From an uncultured Verrucomicrobiae bacterium (GTDB taxonomy: Bacteria; Verrucomicrobiota; Verrucomicrobiia; Chthoniobacterales; UBA10450), in assembly GCA_963772365.1 (NCBI GenBank), contig CAVYXA010000001.1:480001-544000 (forward strand): a DNA stretch of 64,000 bases, given 5' to 3'. Numbering within the stretch: position 1 is the stretch's first letter; the number at the start of each line of letters is the position of its first letter. The translations under genes and the position numbers were made by a program. Positions 59,561 through 64,000 of the stretch are shown here, in pieces. Below the pieces are notes generated by a model, which searched no databases, was not told the origin of the DNA, and was given only the letters and a program-made list of their open reading frames with translations.

Positions 59561-60455
59561 AGCTTTACACGCGCGGCGCTGGACGGACTTGCCGGAACGC
59601 GGCAGCCCTGCATTACTGCGGGCGATCACCTGGATCGCACTGCACATCGGCCGACGAATCGCGCGCCTGTTTCTTTATCCCATCACATTGTATTTCCTGA
59701 TCACCGCTCGGACGGCAAGGCGCGTCTCCTACGATTATTTAAAACGGATCCTGGGTCGCGCGATACACTGGTGGGATGTATTTCGGCATCTTCACTGCTT
59801 TGGCGCGACACTTCTGGATCGCGTTTATCTGCTCCGGGGCGATTTCGCGCAATTCGACGTCACCGTTCATGGAAACGATCTGGTCCATCGACAAATCGAA
59901 AAGGGCAACGGCTGCATCTTGATCGGGTCGCATCTCGGCAGCTTTGAAGTGTTGCGCGCAATCTGTGTTACGCAGCAGCGTTTTCCGCTCAAGGTATTGA
60001 TGGATATTGAACACAACCAAAACCTCACTCGTTTCCTCGACGGCCTGAATCCGGAAATCGCGAACACAGTCATTGTGCCGGATCGGCCGGACACATTGTT
60101 GCGCGTCAAAGAGAATCTCGATGCTGGCTTCTTCGTCGGAATGTTAGGCGACCGCGCCACCGCTAACGAGAAGACCACGCGCTGCCAGTTTCTCGGTGAG
60201 GCGGCGGAATTTCCCGCGGGTCCGATGCTGTTGGCTTCCGTGATGCATTGTCCCGTTGTCCTCTTTTTTGGCCTTTATCGTGGTGAAAATCGGTACGAGA
60301 TCCATTTTGAACATTTCGCAGATGATATCATCCTGAATCGCGATCGACGCGCCGATGACGTTCAGATGTGGACTCAGCGCTACGTCGAGCGGCTGGAATA
60401 CTACGCGCGCCTTGCGCCCTTCAACTGGTTCAATTTCTATCCGTTCTGGGATTAG
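59523..60455 (+). CDS. LpxL-like acyltransferase (aryl polyene/xanthomonadin cluster type)
   Basis: W...PERGS, SHLGSFE, GDR, FNWFNFYPFW motifs; start uncertain. Confidence 0.85.
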   Translation: MDKTAPAEISSVKALHARRWTDLPERGSPALLRAITWIALHIGRRIARLFLYPITLYFLITARTARRVSYDYLKRILGRAIHWWDVFRHLHCFGATLLDRVYLLRGDFAQFDVTVHGNDLVHRQIEKGNGCILIGSHLGSFEVLRAICVTQQRFPLKVLMDIEHNQNLTRFLDGLNPEIANTVIVPDRPDTLLRVKENLDAGFFVGMLGDRATANEKTTRCQFLGEAAEFPAGPMLLASVMHCPVVLFFGLYRGENRYEIHFEHFADDIILNRDRRADDVQMWTQRYVERLEYYARLAPFNWFNFYPFWD

Positions 60456-60466
60456 TTAGCCGACGC

Positions 60467-60934
60467 ATGAAAATCTCCGAGGCAAAGCACGCAATCTTGA
60501 TTGCAAAAGAGGAGATTCGCACGCTCATCCCGCACACAGATTCGATGTGTTTGTTAGATGGCGTCATCGAATGGAACGGGAGTTCGATTGTTTGCGTCAG
60601 CAATACACATCGGGACCCGGCAAATCCGTTGCGCCGCGGCGAAACCTTGTCAGCCGTGCATGCTTTCGAATATGCCGCTCAGGCGACGGCGGTTCATGGC
60701 GGGTTGTTAGCGCGCTCGGCCGGGACAACCGCGCCGCCGGGATATTTCGCGGCCTTGCGCGATGCTCGTCTGCACGTCGGGCGTTTGGATGATTTGCCTT
60801 CGCCGCTGTGGATCTATGCCACTCATTTGTTTGGTGAAGCCGCGAATGTCGTTTACGAATGTCGCGTCTCGGCTGGCGATCTCCCCGTTGCCGATGGCCG
60901 GGTCACGATTGTACTGCGAACCGTGATGCGCTGA
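60467..60934 (+). CDS. Hotdog-fold dehydratase-like protein (ApeP-like)
   Basis: LIPHTDSMCLLD, EYAAQATAVHGG motifs. Confidence 0.8.
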   Translation: MKISEAKHAILIAKEEIRTLIPHTDSMCLLDGVIEWNGSSIVCVSNTHRDPANPLRRGETLSAVHAFEYAAQATAVHGGLLARSAGTTAPPGYFAALRDARLHVGRLDDLPSPLWIYATHLFGEAANVVYECRVSAGDLPVADGRVTIVLRTVMR

Positions 60935-60990
60935 GGACAGCGCACGCTACAGCATGACAGTTTGTTGTAGCGTCCGCTGTCTCAGTGGAC
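60927..60990. repeat. GTAG-type REP pair
   Basis: TGCGCTGAGGACAGCGCACGCTACA and TGTAGCGTCCGCTGTCTCAGTGGAC. Confidence 0.75.
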
Positions 60991-60995
60991 AGCAA

Positions 60996-61739
60996 TCACA
61001 TCACGATCCCGCCATCGACACAGAGAACTTGCCCGGTGATATAGCTCGCCTCGTTTGACGCCAGGAACGCTACCGCATTGGCGATATCCTCTGGCGTCCC
61101 GGTTTTACCCATTGGGATCTTTGATTGAATTCCCTGTTTAATTTCGTCCGACAATCCCGCGGTCATATCGGTCGTGATAAAGCCCGGAGCGATGGCGTTG
61201 ACAGTGATGGCACGACTGGCCAGCTCTCGCGCCAGCGATTTGGTAAAGCCGATCAGGCCCGCCTTGCTCGCCGCATAATTCGTCTGCCCGGCGTTGCCCA
61301 TGATTCCAATGACCGAGCTAATATTAATGATTCGCCCGCTGCGCTGTTTGGTCATGCCTCGCACGAAAGGCTGAACAAAATTAAATGCACCGCGCAGGTT
61401 CGTGTTGATCACAAAGTCCCAATCCTCCACCGACATGCGCATGGCCAATCCGTCCTTCGTCACGCCCGCGTTGTTCACCAAAATGTCGATCTTGAGAAAG
61501 TCCTGCAAAATTTGCGCGCCGATCTTCTGCACTGCCGCGTGATCGGCGACATCGACCGAGTAGGCCCTCGCCGCACCGGCTCGCAGCAGATTGATTTCAT
61601 CCGCTGTCCGTTTTGCGTTTGCTTCGGTTCTGCTCACGCAAGCCACTGACGCGCCTTCGCCGGCCAGACGAACAGCAATGGCATGTCCGATCCCCCGCCC
61701 CGCTCCCGTCACAACAGCAATCTGGTTCTCAAATCTCAT
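60996..61739 (-). CDS. fabG: 3-oxoacyl-ACP reductase
   Basis: TGAGRGIG, NNAGVTKD, GNAGQTNYAASKAG, PGFITTDM motifs. Confidence 0.93.
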   Translation of the reverse strand: MRFENQIAVVTGAGRGIGHAIAVRLAGEGASVACVSRTEANAKRTADEINLLRAGAARAYSVDVADHAAVQKIGAQILQDFLKIDILVNNAGVTKDGLAMRMSVEDWDFVINTNLRGAFNFVQPFVRGMTKQRSGRIINISSVIGIMGNAGQTNYAASKAGLIGFTKSLARELASRAITVNAIAPGFITTDMTAGLSDEIKQGIQSKIPMGKTGTPEDIANAVAFLASNEASYITGQVLCVDGGIVM

Positions 61740-62872
61740 TCGCTGACTTGCATCCATCGCTTCTTATGTGCGCTTTGGCTCACTGCGTCCAGCACACACT
61801 GATTTCGCATTCCCTCGGCAAAGCCTGGCTGCACGCCTTTTCCTTTCGCCACTGCTTGAACAAAATCCGCAATCGTATGGATGAACGAATGCTCGTATCC
61901 AATAATGTGACCAGGCGGCCACCACTTGTCGATGTAAGGATGGTCCGACTCGGTCACAATGATATTGCGGAAACCCTGTCGATCTTTGGAGTCGCGCATC
62001 GAGAAAAATTTAAGCCGATTCATCTTTTCCAAATTGAAAACCAGGGAGCCTGCGCTGCCGTTGATTTCCAGCTCGAGACCGTTCTTGCGGCCAGGGGCAA
62101 ATCGTGTCGCTTCCAGACTGGCCAGCGCTCCATTCTTAAATCGACCAATCATTGTGACGGCATCATCGACCGTAACCCGGCCGCGCGCATGGCGGCGTTC
62201 GATCGATGGCCGCTCTTTCACAAACGTCTCCATCGCGGCGCACACTTCTCGAAGTTCGCCCACTAAAAAGCGCGCAAGATCGACAATGTGCGAGAAAATA
62301 TCTCCCAGCGCACCGGAACCAGCCACGTCGGACTGCAATCGCCAGACCAGCGGAAATTTCGGATCGACAATCCAATCTTGCGCATAACGAGCACGAAAAT
62401 GAAAGATTTTGCCTAATTCCCCGCGACCGATCATTTGTTTCGCCAAAGCGATTGCCGGAACGCGGCGATAATTATGACAGACCATGTTCACCACTCCCGC
62501 TCGCTCCACGGCTCGCACCATTCTTTTCACTTCCTTCAAATTGCGGGCCAGCGGTTTCTCGCAAAGAATCGCTTTTCCCGACCGGGCCGCAGCGACTGCG
62601 ATTTCGCAATGCGAGTCGTTGGGCGTGCAGATATCGACGATGTCGATCCTCGGATCGTCCATGATCCGACGCCAATCGGCTTCGGCTTTTTCCCACCCGA
62701 ACTGCCGCGCTGCTTTTCTGGTCGCAGCAATGTCGCGTCCGCAGATCGTTTTCATTTCCACATTTGCCGGCAAATCGAAAAAATGCGGCGCCTGCCGCCA
62801 GGCATTAGAATGCGCCTTGCCCATGAACTTGTAACCGACCAGAGCGACTGCGAGGGTACGTCTGGTGCTCAT
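61736..62872 (-). CDS. Gfo/Idh/MocA family oxidoreductase
   Basis: GYKFMGKAHS, CTPNDSH, CEKPLA, GALGD motifs. Confidence 0.9.
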   Translation of the reverse strand: MSTRRTLAVALVGYKFMGKAHSNAWRQAPHFFDLPANVEMKTICGRDIAATRKAARQFGWEKAEADWRRIMDDPRIDIVDICTPNDSHCEIAVAAARSGKAILCEKPLARNLKEVKRMVRAVERAGVVNMVCHNYRRVPAIALAKQMIGRGELGKIFHFRARYAQDWIVDPKFPLVWRLQSDVAGSGALGDIFSHIVDLARFLVGELREVCAAMETFVKERPSIERRHARGRVTVDDAVTMIGRFKNGALASLEATRFAPGRKNGLELEINGSAGSLVFNLEKMNRLKFFSMRDSKDRQGFRNIIVTESDHPYIDKWWPPGHIIGYEHSFIHTIADFVQAVAKGKGVQPGFAEGMRNQCVLDAVSQSAHKKRWMQVSE

Positions 62873-62929
62873 GAGCAAATGCTATAAATTTGGAAGCTTA
62901 TCGAACGCAAGAAGCGAAATCTTTGCAGA

Positions 62930-63523
62930 ATGAAATGTCCCTCGTGTCACGCCCCGCTCCTTCAGCCATCGCCTCAGTGTCCGAGGTGCAACCTTACGCT
63001 CAGACAGCTCGAACGAAAGTTTGGATCGGTTCCGCTCTATTCCCGTTACATCACCGATCGAGCCGGCAGGTTATCTGCCCGCGACGTCAAACTATCGCGT
63101 GGTTTACTCCACCTGTTCGAACGCAAATTTCCGCAGACGCTTTTTTCCGTAATGGTGGTCAACCTTGGTTCGAAAGTATCTATTTCCGAATATGCATTCT
63201 GGCTGATCAATCGCGCCCGGTTCGGAACGCTCGACCAGATTGGATCGAAAAATTTCGAGTTACTCCTCGTAATAGATCCAGAAGGTCAAGCCGCCGCATT
63301 GACGGCCGGTTATGGACTGGAGAATTACCTTTCCGAGGAGGATCTGAAAAGTTGCCTCGCTGCCGGAAACCACGGTTTTCGTAGCGGCGATCTTGCTGGT
63401 GGCATCGAGCATTGTGTCGAAGGGATGATGGATCGGCTTCGCGAGATTGCTCTTCGGATCGAGAAAGCCAGCACCACGGCGGAGACGACAGATATCTCTA
63501 CAACGACCACAGAAATCCGATGA
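62930..63523 (+). CDS. TPM-domain-like protein with N-terminal zinc ribbon
   Basis: CPSC...CPRC; DRAGRLS and GYGLE TPM-like motifs. Confidence 0.75.
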   Translation: MKCPSCHAPLLQPSPQCPRCNLTLRQLERKFGSVPLYSRYITDRAGRLSARDVKLSRGLLHLFERKFPQTLFSVMVVNLGSKVSISEYAFWLINRARFGTLDQIGSKNFELLLVIDPEGQAAALTAGYGLENYLSEEDLKSCLAAGNHGFRSGDLAGGIEHCVEGMMDRLREIALRIEKASTTAETTDISTTTTEIR

Positions 63524-63927
63524 TGCCAATAGACAAATTCCGAAAGCGCGCGCTCGTGACGGCCTTGTTCCTGTCGATCTCCGCCAGCGCGCTTCTGCCA
63601 CCAGCTCACTCGCAAGGCATTTTTATGACCACGCCGACTCCGACGCCGGAGGCTCGACAGGAAAACCCATTCGCAAAATTTGTAGCACCGCATCGGAAAC
63701 CGACTCCGCTGATATGGAAACTCGCGATTGTTCTTGCCGCGGTGGCGGCTGTGTCCGTCGCCTTGTGGATCTCGGTCCGCATGTGGCGATCGGCCAATTT
63801 GTTCGATCGCGAATATCGGTTTCCGATTCCGTCAACGGCCGCGCTCCGGCTGGGCGCCAGCCGATCGGGCGGCCACATGGCCACGATCCGGTTTTCGGAT
63901 CGAGCGGGACCGACGAGCGGAACATAG
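63520..63927 (+). CDS. Hypothetical membrane protein
   Basis: ATGA overlap with the upstream gene; signal peptide plus one TM helix. Confidence 0.65.
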   Translation: MMPIDKFRKRALVTALFLSISASALLPPAHSQGIFMTTPTPTPEARQENPFAKFVAPHRKPTPLIWKLAIVLAAVAAVSVALWISVRMWRSANLFDREYRFPIPSTAALRLGASRSGGHMATIRFSDRAGPTSGT

Positions 63928-64000
63928 GGCTGTGCCCTGTGCGGCCAGCGGGTTTGAAACCCGCTGAGGCCGAAACAGCGGAGAGAGTCTCCGCTGGGCA

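Overview
Bacterial chromosome segment, inferred to be Verrucomicrobiota (Chthoniobacterales-like) from VPDSG-CTERM-type tails and repeated dockerin-like C-terminal modules. Contents in order: (1) 1-12.2 kb, three tandem paralogous secreted Cys/His-rich proteins, a divergent 4Fe-4S/TPR membrane protein, a WD40 protein and a delta-60-repeat protein; (2) housekeeping genes folC, accD, comF-like, tlyA, nadK; (3) a complete 2,675-bp IS1-like element (24-bp terminal inverted repeats, 8-bp target duplication) carrying passenger ORFs, a ribbon-helix-helix regulator and a 70-nt tRNA-like RNA with alanine identity elements; (4) treZ, a glycogen debranching enzyme, MscS, an L,D-transpeptidase and an ECF sigma/anti-sigma pair, in a stretch with many probable sequencing frameshifts; (5) a stand-alone RAYT transposase; (6) a Phe/Tyr catabolism and pterin cluster (phhA-like, hppD, hmgA, folE, triple-domain PTPS, SDR); (7) asd, an HtrA protease, recG, recJ, pgl, msrA, a small acyl-tailoring cluster and fabG. 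The most unusual items are a 615-bp REP-flanked RAYT cassette inserted in frame inside recG, a REP doublet translated inside folC, and the tRNA/tmRNA-mimic cargo of the IS1-like element. All calls come from reading the sequence and motifs by eye; no database searches were run.
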